Positions 17,144 through 29,761 of a DNA stretch of 64,000 bases are shown here, in pieces. Position numbers and translations under genes: made by a program. The stretch spans positions 448,001 through 512,000 of the forward strand of contig CM000153.2 in the NCBI GenBank assembly GCA_000004695.1, read 5' to 3'. Positions within the stretch are counted from its first letter, which is position 1. Every line of letters begins with the position of its first letter. The notes under the pieces were generated by a model. The model was not told the origin of the DNA, made no database searches, and worked only from the letters and a program-made list of their open reading frames with translations. Source of the DNA: Dictyostelium discoideum (lineage: Eukaryota).

Positions 17144-19321
17144 ATGAATGAAAATGAAGATTTATTTTTAAATATTTGGAGAAATAATATTTTAAGAGAG
17201 AAAATTTTAAAATTTATTGATTTATTTAGAATTAATAATTTTAAATCATTTAAAGAAATAAATGATTTATTATCATTTGAATATAGAGAATTTATAATTG
17301 AATTAGAATATTGTGGTAAAAAAGAATTATCAATTGGAGATATACCATCAAATGTTGAAACATTAATATTAACAAGAAATGAATTATCAAATGTACCTGT
17401 TGAGATATTACCTAGTTCAATTAAAAAAATAGTATTTCCAATGAATAATAATGGGTCATCATTTTCAACACCATTTACAAAATTTAATAAATGTTCAAAG
17501 AATTTATCAAATTTACAATGTGTTGAAAATGTGAATTTATTTATAATAAATCAAAGAGAAGAGTTTATACTAATTCCAAAGAGTTTAACATCAATTTCAT
17601 TTTGTAAGAAATCATTATTTAATGAAATGTTAACACCTGGAATATTTGCAAATAAGTCTATTAAATATTTAAATCTTGGTGATAATTGGGATAATGGTGG
17701 TAAACTATTAGAGAATGGAGTTTTTGAGTATGGTTTATTGGAGTTGTCAATCCCGGGCTACTCAAATGCATTATTGCCTGGTGTGATTCCAAAGAGTGTA
17801 ACATCACTTTCGATTGCTCAATCTGCAAAAAATGAAATTAAAGAAGACTCAATCCCAAATTCAGTTACTAAACTTTATTTGACACCAATTGATGTAGAAC
17901 GAAAGAAAGCACCAACAGTTCGATGTATTGGTATTTCTAGTATAAAAAGTAAACTTTCATTTTCAAATGAAAAAAAATCGTTATTACCAAGTTCTGTAAA
18001 AAGATTAATAATAAAACCAAATATGGTAGCATTTAATTTACCACAAACTTTATTACCAATGACTTTAACTGATTTAACATTACATTCATATGAAAATGAA
18101 GGTTTAATAATTAAAAAAGGAATGTTACCAAATTGTTTAAAATCTTTAAAAGTTGCAACTGATTATAAATTCATTGAATATGATTCATTACCATCTGGTT
18201 TAAAATATTTAAAATATCGTGTATCAATTCCTGATCATACAAAATATCCAAATTGTGATATTGTTCATGGATTTTTCCCACAATCTTTGTCTCATCTTTG
18301 CTTAAATATGAGTTTTACAAGTGTTAGTGCTGGTTTGTTCTCCCCAAATCAAAGAAATTCATTCTCCATTGATAAGAGAACATGTTTAGAAACATTAGAA
18401 TTTGGTGAAGATTTTAATTGCAATATATTTTGTGAAAAAATAATTCCACATGGTGTAACAACTCTTTCATTTGGGTTCAACTATGATCAACCAATTAAAC
18501 CAGGTGTTCTTCCAAATACAATTACAAATTTAAAATTAGGTGGTAGATTTAATCATAGATTACTACCTGGTAGTATTCCAGATAGTGTTGTTAATCTTCA
18601 ATTTGGTTATTACTATAATAAATCAATTGAACCTGGTGTTTTACCAAACTCTTTAAAATCAATTAATTTAGGTAATTGTTTTGATCAATACCTATTTGTT
18701 GGTTCAATTCCAATGGGAACTGAAAAATTAATTATTTCACCATGTTTTAATCAACCAATTGATAGAGTTGGTATATTTCCATCATCTTTAACTTATTTAA
18801 GTTTTAATGTTAAAGATTATCATCATCCAGTTTATATTTCAGTTGATTATAATAATCAATATGATGATGAAAATAATCAAATTAATGAAAATTTAAAATC
18901 AATAATTAAAAATAATAATATTGATAAATTAAATTTAAATGAAAATAATATAGAAGAACAACAACAGCAAGAACAACAATATGATCAAAATGATCAATAC
19001 TATGAATATAATGAAAATTATAACGAAAATAATGAATATTATAATGAAAATAATGAAAATAATGAAAATTATAATGAAAATAATGAAAATTATAATGAAA
19101 ATAATGAAAATTATGAATATTATGATAATCAAGATTATCAATATTATGATGAAGATAATAAAGATTATCAAGAATATCAAGAATATGAAGAATATCAAGA
19201 ATATCAAAATAAAAAAGAAGAAATTTGTAATATTGTATTTGAATGTATATTCCCATCATCAATTAAAAAATTAGAACTATCAAGTGTTGTTAAAAGTTTA
19301 ATTGAAAAAAACAAATATTAA
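17144..19321 (+). CDS. FNIP-repeat protein (Dictyostelium-type FNIP leucine-rich repeats); C-terminal acidic NENYNENNE repeats
   Basis: Repeated units such as IPxxVTxLxFGxxFNQPIxPGVLPNSLKSL (for example GFNYDQPIKPGVLPNTITNLKLGGRFNHRLLPGSIPDSVVNLQFGYYYNKSIEPGVLPNSLKSINLGNCFDQ). A 21-27-nt periodic repeat at 18960-19210. Confidence 0.85.
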   Translation: MNENEDLFLNIWRNNILREKILKFIDLFRINNFKSFKEINDLLSFEYREFIIELEYCGKKELSIGDIPSNVETLILTRNELSNVPVEILPSSIKKIVFPMNNNGSSFSTPFTKFNKCSKNLSNLQCVENVNLFIINQREEFILIPKSLTSISFCKKSLFNEMLTPGIFANKSIKYLNLGDNWDNGGKLLENGVFEYGLLELSIPGYSNALLPGVIPKSVTSLSIAQSAKNEIKEDSIPNSVTKLYLTPIDVERKKAPTVRCIGISSIKSKLSFSNEKKSLLPSSVKRLIIKPNMVAFNLPQTLLPMTLTDLTLHSYENEGLIIKKGMLPNCLKSLKVATDYKFIEYDSLPSGLKYLKYRVSIPDHTKYPNCDIVHGFFPQSLSHLCLNMSFTSVSAGLFSPNQRNSFSIDKRTCLETLEFGEDFNCNIFCEKIIPHGVTTLSFGFNYDQPIKPGVLPNTITNLKLGGRFNHRLLPGSIPDSVVNLQFGYYYNKSIEPGVLPNSLKSINLGNCFDQYLFVGSIPMGTEKLIISPCFNQPIDRVGIFPSSLTYLSFNVKDYHHPVYISVDYNNQYDDENNQINENLKSIIKNNNIDKLNLNENNIEEQQQQEQQYDQNDQYYEYNENYNENNEYYNENNENNENYNENNENYNENNENYEYYDNQDYQYYDEDNKDYQEYQEYEEYQEYQNKKEEICNIVFECIFPSSIKKLELSSVVKSLIEKNKY

Positions 19322-19525
19322 AAAAATTTTATATTTATAAAATAATTTAAAATAATAATAAAAATAATAATTAACTTTCTTTTATTTTATTTTATTTTTA
19401 TTTATTTTATTTTATTTTATTTTATTTTATTTTATTTTATTTTATTTAATAATATAATTATTTTTTATAATTATTATTATTTTATTATTTTATTATTTTA
19501 TTTTTTTTTAAAATTTATTATTGTT

Positions 19526-20617
19526 TTATAATACATTATTTTTTAAATCTGGAAAAACTTTACCAATTTTATTTAATAAATATTGACCATAAGAACCTTT
19601 AAAACTATGAATATTAAAATGATCCCATCTACTTGAAGAGTCATCTTTATTTTCAATTTGTTCAATTCCTTCAATTTCAGTTGGATAAGAATTAAAATTT
19701 GGATCGAAAAATAATGGAAAAGAGATTCTATCTCTACCTGAACGATTTAATTCTACTCTATGAGGAGTTGATCTATATAATCCACCAGTCATACGATCTA
19801 ACATATCACCAATATTACAAACAAATGTACCTTTAATTGGTGGTGCTGATATCCAACCATTTTTACTATGAACTTGTAATCCACCAACATCATCTTGATA
19901 TAAAATTGTTAAAACACCATAATCTGTATGTTCACCAACACCCCATTCAACTTTATCATTGTCATCACTACTTTCACCAGTGGTTTTATTATCATCACCA
20001 CTTGATATTATTGATGGATAATTAAAAATACGATATAAAATCAATGGATCCTTGGTATATCTTGATGAAAAGTAATCTGCTGATAAATTTAAACTAATTG
20101 CAATTAATTCCATTAAAGAATGACCCAATTTTGTAACTTTATCAATATAGGTGAGGATAGTATCTTTGAAACCAACGATATCATATTCAATCTCTTCTTC
20201 TAATGTTGGAAACAAATTTAAACCATGTAATGGAGTTTGTGCAATAACCAATGGATGATCATCATTCAATTCAGTTCCCAAGTATAATCCCTCTTTCCAA
20301 TCTTTTAAACCTGATGTTAACTCACCACCAACTACAAAATAACCTCTCCATGCTTTTTGTGCTAATTCCATACGATATTTCATTTTTATTGATTGATCTA
20401 AAGAGAAAAACTTTTTTGATAATCTTTCTAATCTATCAATTAATTCTTGATCAATACCATGTCCTTTAATATAAAAAAATCCAAAATTTTTACATGCATT
20501 TTCAATCTCTTTTGATATTAATTTCTTTTTTAATTCTTCTTCTTTATCATTTCCATATGATTCAATATCAATTATTGGTAATTGTTCAATTGTTATATTT
20601 TCAATTTTACTTGTCAT
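19526..20617 (-). CDS. 2-oxoglutarate/Fe(II)-dependent oxygenase (isopenicillin-N-synthase-like)
   Basis: ATG at 20615-20617 (minus); HTDYGVLTILYQDDVGGLQV (HxD...), STPHRV (distal His), RISFPLFF (RxS). Confidence 0.85.
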   Translation of the reverse strand: MTSKIENITIEQLPIIDIESYGNDKEEELKKKLISKEIENACKNFGFFYIKGHGIDQELIDRLERLSKKFFSLDQSIKMKYRMELAQKAWRGYFVVGGELTSGLKDWKEGLYLGTELNDDHPLVIAQTPLHGLNLFPTLEEEIEYDIVGFKDTILTYIDKVTKLGHSLMELIAISLNLSADYFSSRYTKDPLILYRIFNYPSIISSGDDNKTTGESSDDNDKVEWGVGEHTDYGVLTILYQDDVGGLQVHSKNGWISAPPIKGTFVCNIGDMLDRMTGGLYRSTPHRVELNRSGRDRISFPLFFDPNFNSYPTEIEGIEQIENKDDSSSRWDHFNIHSFKGSYGQYLLNKIGKVFPDLKNNVL

Positions 20618-21000
20618 TTTATTATTATAATATATTTATTTTGATTTATAAAAAAAAAAAAAATTAAAAAAAAAAAAAAATAAAAAAAAAAAATAAAAAA
20701 AAAATATCTTTTTTTTTTTTCGTCTTGTAAAAACAATCACTTACCCACCAAAAAAATCAAAATCAAAAAGAATGTTCTTTGATATCCCATTCCAAAGTTA
20801 TGAAAAAAAAAAAACAAATTTTATTGTTTATATTAAAATTAATTTTAGTAATAACTTTATTTATTTTTAATTATTTATTTTTTTAAAAAAAATTTCTATA
20901 ATAAATAATTAAATAAAATCTTAATTATTTAACTTTTGAGAAAAAAAAAAAAAATAAAAAAAATAAAAAATAATAATAAATAATAAAATTAAATTCTTTC

Positions 21001-21054
21001 TTAAATCGGTTTTATTCCACTAACTTTTCTTAAATATTCATAAAGAATGAATGT
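21001..21054 (-). CDS. mitochondrial substrate carrier (SLC25 family), exon 3 (TFILYEYLRKVSGIKPI-stop)
   Basis: The upstream ORF reads through a GTAAGT donor at 21176-21181 (minus) into a poly-Tyr artefact. An ATTATTAG acceptor at 21055-21056 followed by FILYEYLRK fits the canonical carrier C-terminus (F..YE..K). Confidence 0.6.
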   Translation of the reverse strand, partial: TFILYEYLRKVSGIKPI

Positions 21055-21117
21055 CTAATAATATATTGAAAAAAAAAAAAAAATTAAAAATTAATATTTA
21101 TTTTTTTTTAATTTAGA

Positions 21118-21170
<53 letters not shown>

Positions 21171-21181
21171 TAAAAACTTAC

Positions 21182-21960
21182 AACTATAGTATGTGGTCCA
21201 ATTCGAAACCAATTTGGTAAAAAACCTTTATAAAGGCCAGAAATTCCTTCACTTTGAAAAGTTTTTTTAAAACAATCATATGATGATTTATAAATTAAAC
21301 CAACACCATTAGAATCAAAAGGTTGATTCATTATTCTAGTTTTAACTAAATCAACTGGTGAGGTGGTGATTGAAGCGATTAAACCTGCGAAAATTGAAGA
21401 TACAATATGAACTTGCAATCCATCGACTTGAATAATACCATGATCTAGAATCATATGTTTAATATGATCATAGGATGGTATTTGAGATGCTGTTAATAAT
21501 GCTGCACGTTGGGTAGTTGGTCCAACACCTTTCCATAGACCTTTAATACCTTCCTTTGCAATGATTTCTTTAAATGCTGATGAAATTGAATCGTATTTAA
21601 CACCTTTAGAACTTGCTTGCATTCTCACTTTAATTAAATCAGTTGGTGATGTAATACATGCTCCAAGGGCGCCTGATAAAGCACCAGATGTGACTTTTGA
21701 TAAAAGGTTGGTTTTACCATTTGAATCTATAAAATAATTCTTTATAACATCATATCCACCCATTCTTAATGTTGAATAAGTTGCCTCTCTAAGTAATGAT
21801 GGTGTTAATCCTTTATACATTGCTGAAATACCTTCATTTTTAATTATTTTTATAGTTCCATTAACTAATCCTAAACTTTTACTATCAATACCTTCTCCAT
21901 GAATTTGAAATCTAGTTTTTAATACATCAACAGGGTTAGAAACCACTGCTGCTCCCATAC
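21182..21960 (-). CDS. mitochondrial substrate carrier (SLC25 family), exon 2
   Basis: Three carrier signatures: PVDVLKTRFQ, PTDLIKVRMQ and PVDLVKTRIMNQ. Confidence 0.9.
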
Positions 21961-22041
21961 CTATATATAATGAAAAATTAAAAATGAAAATAGTTAGTAA
22001 TAACTATTTAAACTATTAATTTTTTAATTCTAAATATTTAC

Positions 22042-22093
22042 ATGATAATCCCCCAAATAAAAATTTAATTCCAATTGATTCTTGGCTGGTCAT
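22042..22093 (-). CDS. mitochondrial substrate carrier, exon 1 (MTSQESIGIKFLFGGLS-)
   Basis: ATG at 22091-22093 (minus) with a GTAAAT donor at 22036-22041 (minus) and a TATATAG acceptor before 21960. The spliced product KFLFGGLSCMGAAVVSNPVDVLKTRFQ restores the conserved first helix (F.GG..G...........P.D..K.R.Q). The downstream ORF alone starts only 8 aa before the first PxD motif. Confidence 0.7.
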
Positions 22094-22713
22094 TTTCTTT
22101 TTTTTTTTTTTTTTTTTTTTTTTATGATTTTTTTTTTACCCACAAATTCTGTCTAAAAAAAAAAAGATTGAATTTTTTCTTTATGTTTAAGTTTTTTTTT
22201 TTTTTTTTTTTTTTTTTAATTGATTAAAAAAATTCTAATTAAACATAAACATTCTCTTTTGTGATTGTGTTTTATGCAAAAAAAAAAAATAAAAAAAAAA
22301 AAATAAAAAAAAAAATATAAAAAAAAATTAAAAAAAAATTAAAAAATTAAAAAAAATTAAAAAAACACAATTGAAATTTACACACAAAAAAAATATCTAA
22401 AAAAATGTTTTGGATCTTTTGAAAAAAAAAAAATAAAAAAAAAATTAAATAAATAAAAAACTACATTATATATATGTTTATATGTACAAACTATTACAAA
22501 AATAATCCTTCGTTTTTTATTAAAAAATTTTCCAACTCTTCAAAAACTCTATAATTGGAATTATTAAATATGTAATATAAAAATATATATATGTATATAT
22601 AAATTAGTATTTATTTTTATATATATATTTTTTTTTTGGTAACAAAAAAAAAATTAAAGATAGAAAAAAATTACAAAAATTGAAAATTACAAAAAAAAAA
22701 ATATATGAAATAA

Positions 22714-23075
22714 TTACTTTTTCTTTTTATCAATTACATCAATATTTTCTTTTATTGATTCTAAATATATTGGATCAGGATCATCTTGATATTCCAATGC
22801 CAAATCTATATTGGATTGTTCTAATTTCTCTATGAATACTTTTAAATCTGATATGTTGAATTTAATCATTTCATCATCCGAACTAAAATGTGGTTTAATA
22901 TTTTCAATCTCATTTTTTTTATTCTTTATATACTCATCATCATCATCTGAAATATCATCAAATGGCTGCTTTGTTTTATTTATAGTTGTAATTGAAATTG
23001 CTGAATTAATCTCTCTTGTCGTTGTATTATCTTCATCATTATATATTATATCTGATGTATTAGTAGTAGTAGTAA

Positions 23076-23145
<70 letters not shown>

Positions 23146-23337
23146 TGATGTTGTTTTGGTTGAGATTGAACCTAATGAATTCAATGTTTGATTAAATATA
23201 AGCGAATCCTGTTCTAATTGTTCTTTTGTTGGTTTAACACTATGTTTATCATATTTTTCAAAATTCATTTCTTCATTATCAGATTCATTTCGTTCTTGAC
23301 CAAATTCATTTATTTCTTCATTGTCATAATTCTCCAT
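22714..23337 (-). CDS. hypothetical acidic low-complexity protein (207 aa, poly-N tract)
   Basis: ATG-initiated ORF with typical Dictyostelium codon usage and poly-N; no recognisable domain. Confidence 0.4.
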
Positions 23338-24325
23338 TTTTTTTTTTTTTAAATTAAATAAAAAATAAAAAAATAAAAATAAAAAAAAAATAATAAAAAA
23401 AAAATGGAGTTGTGAAAAAAAAAAAAAAAAAAAAAATTTAAAAAAAAATAAAAAAAAATAAAAAAATTAAAAAGGAAAAAAAAATTCATAAAGTCTTGTT
23501 ATTACTTTATTTCACTTTATTTTATTTTATTTTTTTTATTCCTAAAATAAATGGAGAAATAAAAAATAATATGAATTGAATTTAGAAAATAAACAGTTTA
23601 TTTTATTTTTTTTAGTTTTCTATTTTTGATATTTTTTACTTTCATACACCAAAAATAATAAAAATTCAATAACCCAGATCTTATTTAACAAATAAATTAT
23701 TCATAGAATTTAATTTCCAATGTAATTCTGGTCTATCTATCAAATTTTTTGAAATCAATTACACCCTATTTTGGACTCTCTGATCTTTTATAAAATTATC
23801 AAAAGACCAAAAAAATAAAAAATAAGTATTTCAAATAAATTTTTAAATAAACCTAAATCATCTATTTTTAGAAAAAAAAAAAAAAAAATAAAAATAAAAA
23901 TAAAAAGGGGTTTGGTTTTAATAAAAAAAAAAAAAAAAAGAATTTCAGAATAAAAATAAAAAATCAGTGATGAGGGTAAATAACAATCCAAATATACAAA
24001 TAGTTTGTATTTGTAATTTAAACATTACCTAAAAAAGTTTTTTTTTTTTTTTTTTTTTTTTATTTTTAAATTAAATTTTAAATTTCTTTTTTTTTAAATT
24101 TTTTTTTTTTATTTTTATTTTTTTTTTTTTTTTTTAATTTTTTTTTTATTTTTTTTCAATTTTTTTTTTTTTTTTTTCATTTGTTTCACTTCAAACATTA
24201 AAAGTAATATTAAATAATATCTTATAAATTATTATCTAAGCATTATATTTATAATCACTTTTAATTTCTTTTTTTTTTTTTTCTCTCTCTTATAAAACTT
24301 TACTACAAATCAAAAATATTTACTG

Positions 24326-24403
24326 ATGTTAAGAAACACATCAAGAGTACTCATGTCTCACTTTGCAAGAGCTAACATCCCAACACCGGTTAACCAACCA
24401 ATG
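24326..24403 (+). CDS. delta-1-pyrroline-5-carboxylate dehydrogenase (ALDH4A1-like), exon 1 (mitochondrial presequence)
   Basis: MLRNTSRVLMSHFARANIPTPVNQPM followed by a GTATGT donor at 24404. The exon 1 to exon 2 junction NQPM|LNYEVGS aligns with human ALDH4A1 NEPV|LAFTQGS. Confidence 0.7.
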
Positions 24404-25000
24404 GTATGTAAAAAAAAAAAAAAAAAAAACTAAAAAAATAAATACATTTATTATCACCATCACTATTATTTTATTTTAAAACCCACACAAAAATCAGAAA
24501 TAAAAAAATAAAAAGATAAAAAATAAAAAATAAAAAATAAAATTTTAAACAAAATAATATAAAAAACAAATAGCAAAAAAAAAAAAAAATAAATAAATAA
24601 AAAAAAACAATATTATTTTTAAAACTAAAACAAGATAAAAAAAAAAAAAAAAAAAACATTGGGCAAAAAAAAAAAATAATTAAATAATAAAGAACACACT
24701 TTGGCACTGAAAAATTAAATTGTGATATTTTCAATTTCATTTTTTAGATTTTTTTTTTTTTTTTTGGATTTTTTTTTTTTACACAAACTTTGAAATAAAA
24801 AATTTTCATATGTAAAATTTGTGTAGCAAAACATGACCAAAAAAAAAAAGTAAAAAATAAAAAAAATGAAAAAAAATTTTTTGCTCGTTTTTTTTTTTTT
24901 TTTGTCTGAACAAATTTTTTTTTTTTTTTTTTAATATAAATATTTATTAATCATTTTTATTATTCTCCAACAAAACAAAATGAAATAACAACAATAATAG

Positions 25001-25337
25001 TTAAATTATGAAGTTGGTTCAACACATAGAAAATTATTAAAAGAAGCATGTGCTAAATTTAGAAACACAACAATCGATATTCCATGTGTTGTTGGTGGTA
25101 AAGAAATTCGTACTGGTGATGTTCAAAAGCAATTAATTTGCTCTGATCATAATAAAGTATTGGCCACCTTCCATCAAGCCAATGCCGAATTACTCAAATT
25201 AGCCGTTGAAAATTCCATGGAATCTAAAGCCCAATGGGAATCATTACCATTTGAAGCAAGAAGTGCAGTTTTCCTTAAAGCTGCAGATTTGTTAAATACC
25301 AAGTACCGTTATGATGTCTTAGCTTCTACTATGCTTG
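25001..25337 (+). CDS. P5C dehydrogenase exon 2
   Basis: AATAG acceptor at 24999-25000. IDIPCVVGGKEIRTGD matches P5CDH EIPCVVGDEEV. Phase-1 GTAAAT donor at 25338. Confidence 0.85.
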
Positions 25338-25424
25338 GTAAATATTATTTTCTAATTTTATAATTTTTTTTATATAATAAAATAAAGTTGCTAATAAATT
25401 TTTTTTTTTTAAAATAAATTATAG

Positions 25425-26380
25425 GTCAAGGTAAAACTGTTTGGCAAGCAGAAATTGATGCAGCAGCAGAAGGTATTGATTTCCTCCGTTTCAATGTTAA
25501 ATACGCTCAAGAAATTTACCAACAACAACCACCAGCCAATTCTGCAGGCTGTTGGAACATTTTAACCTATCAACCATTAGAGGGTTATGTTGTAGCAATC
25601 TCACCATTTAATTTCACAGCAATTGGTTTGAATTTAAGTTCAGCCCCAGCTTTAATGGGTAATGTTGTCCTTTGGAAGCCTGCTTCAACTGCTGTCTTAT
25701 CAAATTGGATCGTTTACAAAGCCCTCCTCGAAGCTGGTTTACCAGCAGGTGTCATTCAATTCCTTCCAGGTAGTGGTCGTTTAGTTGGTGAACATCTTTT
25801 CAACAATAGAAACTTCTCTGGTCTCCATTTCACAGGTTCAACTGGTGTTTTCAATGATATCTATAAAAAGACTGCCGATAATTTAGTTGCTGGTGTTTAC
25901 AAAGGTTATCCAAGAATCGTTGGTGAAACTGGTGGTAAAGATTTCCATTTCCTCCATAACAGTGGTGATGTTGAAAACTTTGTAAATAATACACTCCGTG
26001 GTGCCTTTGAATATCAAGGTCAAAAATGTTCAGCTTGTTCACGTGCTTACATTCCACAATCTTTATGGCCCCAAATTAAAGATAGATTAGTTACTGGTGT
26101 TAAATCAATGAAAATGGGTCAATCTGATGATTTCTCTTCATTCGTTTCAGCTGTCATCGATAAAAACTCTTTCAACAATATTCAATCATACATTGAACAC
26201 GCTAAAGCTTCACCAGATGCTGAAATCATTGTCGGTGGTAAATGTGATAGCTCTGTTGGTTGGTTTGTTGAACCAACTATCATCCTTGCCAAAGATCCAC
26301 ATTACAAATCAATGGAAGAAGAAATTTTCGGTCCAGTCTTAACCATTTATGTTTATGAAGATTCTAAATTTGAAGAAACA
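25425..26380 (+). CDS. P5C dehydrogenase exon 3
   Basis: ATAG acceptor at 25423-25424. GQGKTVWQAEIDAAAEGIDFLRFN, ISPFNFTAIGLNL, GNVVLWKPASTAVLS, IVGETGGKDFHF and EYQGQKCSACSRAYIP (catalytic Cys) are all strongly conserved ALDH4A1 blocks. GTAAGT donor at 26381. Confidence 0.9.
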
Positions 26381-26619
26381 GTAAGTTTTATAATTCTATT
26401 ATTTTGTTTGTTTTTTTTTTTTAAAAAAAAAAAGTTTTAATGATGATACCAAAGAAGAGCCGTATTAAAAACTTTGATTAAAACCTCTTTTTCGAAATCA
26501 ATTTTTAATTGATATCTTTCCTGATTTCTTTTTTTTTTTTTTAAAAAAAAACTTTTTTATATTTTTTATAAAAAATAAAATTAATACTAATAATATTTTG
26601 TTAAATTTGAATATTATAG

Positions 26620-26925
<306 letters not shown>

Positions 26926-27139
26926 ATAATTTTGAACTAAATAAATACAAAATAATTTATTTTTATATACCACAATTTTTTATAAATTTTTTTTTTATTA
27001 TAATTATTATTTAATTACTATTTTTTAAATTATTAGTATTATATATTTATCCTTAAGTTTATATTGTCGACGAAATTTACACATCAGAATACATATAACT
27101 ATATATAAATATATATATATATAAATTTCATAATATATG

Positions 27140-27656
27140 ACAGATATTAATGTGTAATTTTATATTTTTTTTTTTTTTTTTTTATAATTAAATAAAAATA
27201 ATAAAAAGGGATTTTTTTTTTAACAGAATTCATAAAGTCCCTCAAATAAATTAATTTCTAAAATGTTATTCAGTATGTATTATTTAAATAAATAATAATA
27301 AATGAAATAAATAAAGAGAATTAAAAAAAAAATTTAAAAAAAAAAAAAAAAAAAATTATTTAGAATCATTAAAATCAATCAAGTATTAGCTCAGTCCAAA
27401 AGAATCAAATTTCTTCAATTTCAGTAGGAACCACCCAATATTTACAATAGAGATAGGAATTCAAGTTCCAAAATCAGTTGATGTGACTTATGGAATTCAA
27501 CCTGTAAAAAATATTGAATTGTCAGGTCTATAAATCTTCAAAAATTTATGATTTCACCAATAATTCATATTAATACTCAGGGAATATATACAAACATTTA
27601 ATATATATTAAATAAATATTTAATAAAATTCATTTTGAAATTTTAAAAAAATTAAA
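27140..27656 (+). repeat. dispersed repeat family R, copy A (long form without the upstream arm); unclassified
   Basis: Shares the conserved core AAAAAGGGATTTTTTTTTT(A)ACAGAATTCATAAAGTCCCTCAAATAAATTAATTTCTAAAATGTTATTCAGTATGTATTA and the downstream TTATTTAGAATCATTA(A/C)AATCAAT...GCTCAGTCCAAAAGAATCA...TTCTTCAATTTCAGTAGGAAC block with 28620-29345 and 42583-43160. Confidence 0.75.
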
Positions 27657-27829
27657 TGTTATTGATTGATTTGAAGTAACATGTCAATCATCATTTTCAA
27701 ATGAATTACCATATGAATTACCATATCGATCAAAAAATATAATTTAAATTCAAATGACATTGTTAGTTGTATTGGTGAGGGTTTTAGAAATAGTAATGAA
27801 ATAAGTATGATCATTTGAAATCAGTCAAT

Positions 27830-28090
27830 AACATTTGGTGATGAAGTTAATATATAACCATTAGTTTTTAATAAACCACCTTTTAATTTTGGAATACTAT
27901 TTACACTTGATGGAATTGGTGGATATGTAATTTGAAAATTTATTTGACCAATAATCACAACAACCTATTTGAGCATTTAATTTTCATGAGAGTTGATCTG
28001 AATAATTTGAAAATCTACAGAAATAATATCATTTGGATCAATAAAATTATTATCAATTTTAACAGAAACAAAAATCGGTCACCATTCAAA
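27830..28090 (-). pseudogene. tgr-like receptor gene fragment (matches 39895-40160 of the intact + gene, about 85% identity); pseudogene remnant
   Basis: Reverse complement reads ...GTTTCTGTTAAAATTGATAATAATTTTATTGATCCAAATGATATTATTTC...GGTTGTTGTGATTATTGGTCAAAT...ACATATCCACCAATTCCA...CCAAAATTAAAAGGTGGTTTATTAA..., with indels and in-frame stops relative to the 39311-41776 gene. Confidence 0.7.
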
Positions 28091-28288
28091 ATAAAAATAA
28101 TAAATTATGATTATAAAAAAAAATATATAGCAGATACAAAATTTTAATTTTTTTATTAATAATGACCTAGGGTTTCACCAAAGAACATCGACTTCTCTTA
28201 TCTCCATAATGGAAAAAAGTTTTATCAGATGATCGATATTCTTTGAATAAAAATAATTATTATAAAAGTAGTAATTATTTAAATAGTA

Positions 28289-28384
<96 letters not shown>

Positions 28385-28619
28385 TAATAATAAATAATTA
28401 TTTTAATAATGATAATAATATTTTAAACAATTGAAATATATGCATTACCTTTTTTTTTTTTAATTTTTTTGAAATTTCATAGGATTTTATTCAAATAAAA
28501 GTAAATAACAAAAACGAATAAAAAAAAAAAATTTAATTCAAAAATATTCAGGGGATAGAAAATAAATAAAAGTAAAAAAAAAAAGATTCGATAAACCCAC
28601 CATCGCCGCATAAAATTAC

Positions 28620-28831
28620 TTTTCACCACCCTTAAAAAATATTGTGCAATTTTTTAAATACATAAATTACCCGTTCATTTTATTATATGAAAAAAAAGGG
28701 GTTTTATATATTTTTTATTTAAAAGATTTAAATATATGATATATACACAACCAACAATAAACAACCAACATACGGCCGATATTATTGTGCCATTTTAAAT
28801 TTTGTTTTTATTTTATTTTCATAATTAAATC

Positions 28832-28874
<43 letters not shown>

Positions 28875-29345
28875 ATATAAAAAGGATTTTTTTTTTTACA
28901 GAATTCAACAAGTTCCTCAATAAATTAAATTCTAAAATGTTATTCAGTATGTATTTTTAATTGAATAAATTAATAAAGAGAACTAACAATTTAAAAAAAA
29001 ATTATTTAGAATCATTACAATCAATCTCAAGGGTCAGCTCAGCCCAAAAGAATCAGATTTCTTCAATTTCAGTAGGAACTAATCAATCAAATAATAATGC
29101 AGCACTTGATGTTAATATTGGAATTCCAGGTTTATTAAATATTGAAATTTCAACCACTCAATAAATTTTCAAAGATTTATGATTTCACTAATAATTCATT
29201 AAAATCCTCATGGAATATATGAAAATTAAATATATATTAAATAAATATTTAATTATATTCATTTTGAATTTTAAAAAAAAAAATTAAAGGTTCAAAATAA
29301 GTTTATTTTGAGAAAAATATGGTGTTTTTTTTTTTAAAAAAATAA
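28620..29345 (+). repeat. dispersed repeat family R, copy B (full-length form of about 0.7 kb)
   Basis: Collinear with 42583-43160 apart from a block of about 250 bp absent from that copy, and with the core of 27140-27656. The ORF at 28961-29164 is not conserved between copies. Confidence 0.8.
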
Positions 29346-29585
29346 TATATTTTAAATTTTAAAGTAATTCGACTTAATTCTAGTTTTAATTATTCATTAT
29401 TATTTTAAATTTTTTTTTTTTTTTTATTATTAAATCACTTTGTTTTTGTTCATTTTTTTATTTTTAAGTATAAATTTTTTTTTTTTTTTTTTTTTAAGGT
29501 TAGGATTAGAAATTAATTTGGGAAAAGGAATTTAAAGAGAATTCTGTTAAATTTAATGAATTGTACTTTTTGTGCTATTCGAGTA

Positions 29586-29631
<46 letters not shown>
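29586..29631. repeat. (TAC)n microsatellite, about 15 copies, non-coding
   Basis: tactactac... run. Confidence 0.9.
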
Positions 29632-29632
<1 letters not shown>

Positions 29633-29761
29633 ATTTGCATGTTTGGTTATTAAATTCAATGTTTCAATAACCAATAGCAACACCAACAACAATAAATAAA
29701 AAAATTATTAAATTATATTTATTTGTTAATTTATTTATTTATTTATTTATTTGAAATGAAT

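Noticed and set aside
24471-24740. Minus-strand 89-aa Phe-rich ORF
   Set aside because: It lies inside the 597-nt first intron of the P5C dehydrogenase gene. It is pure poly-T/A translation.
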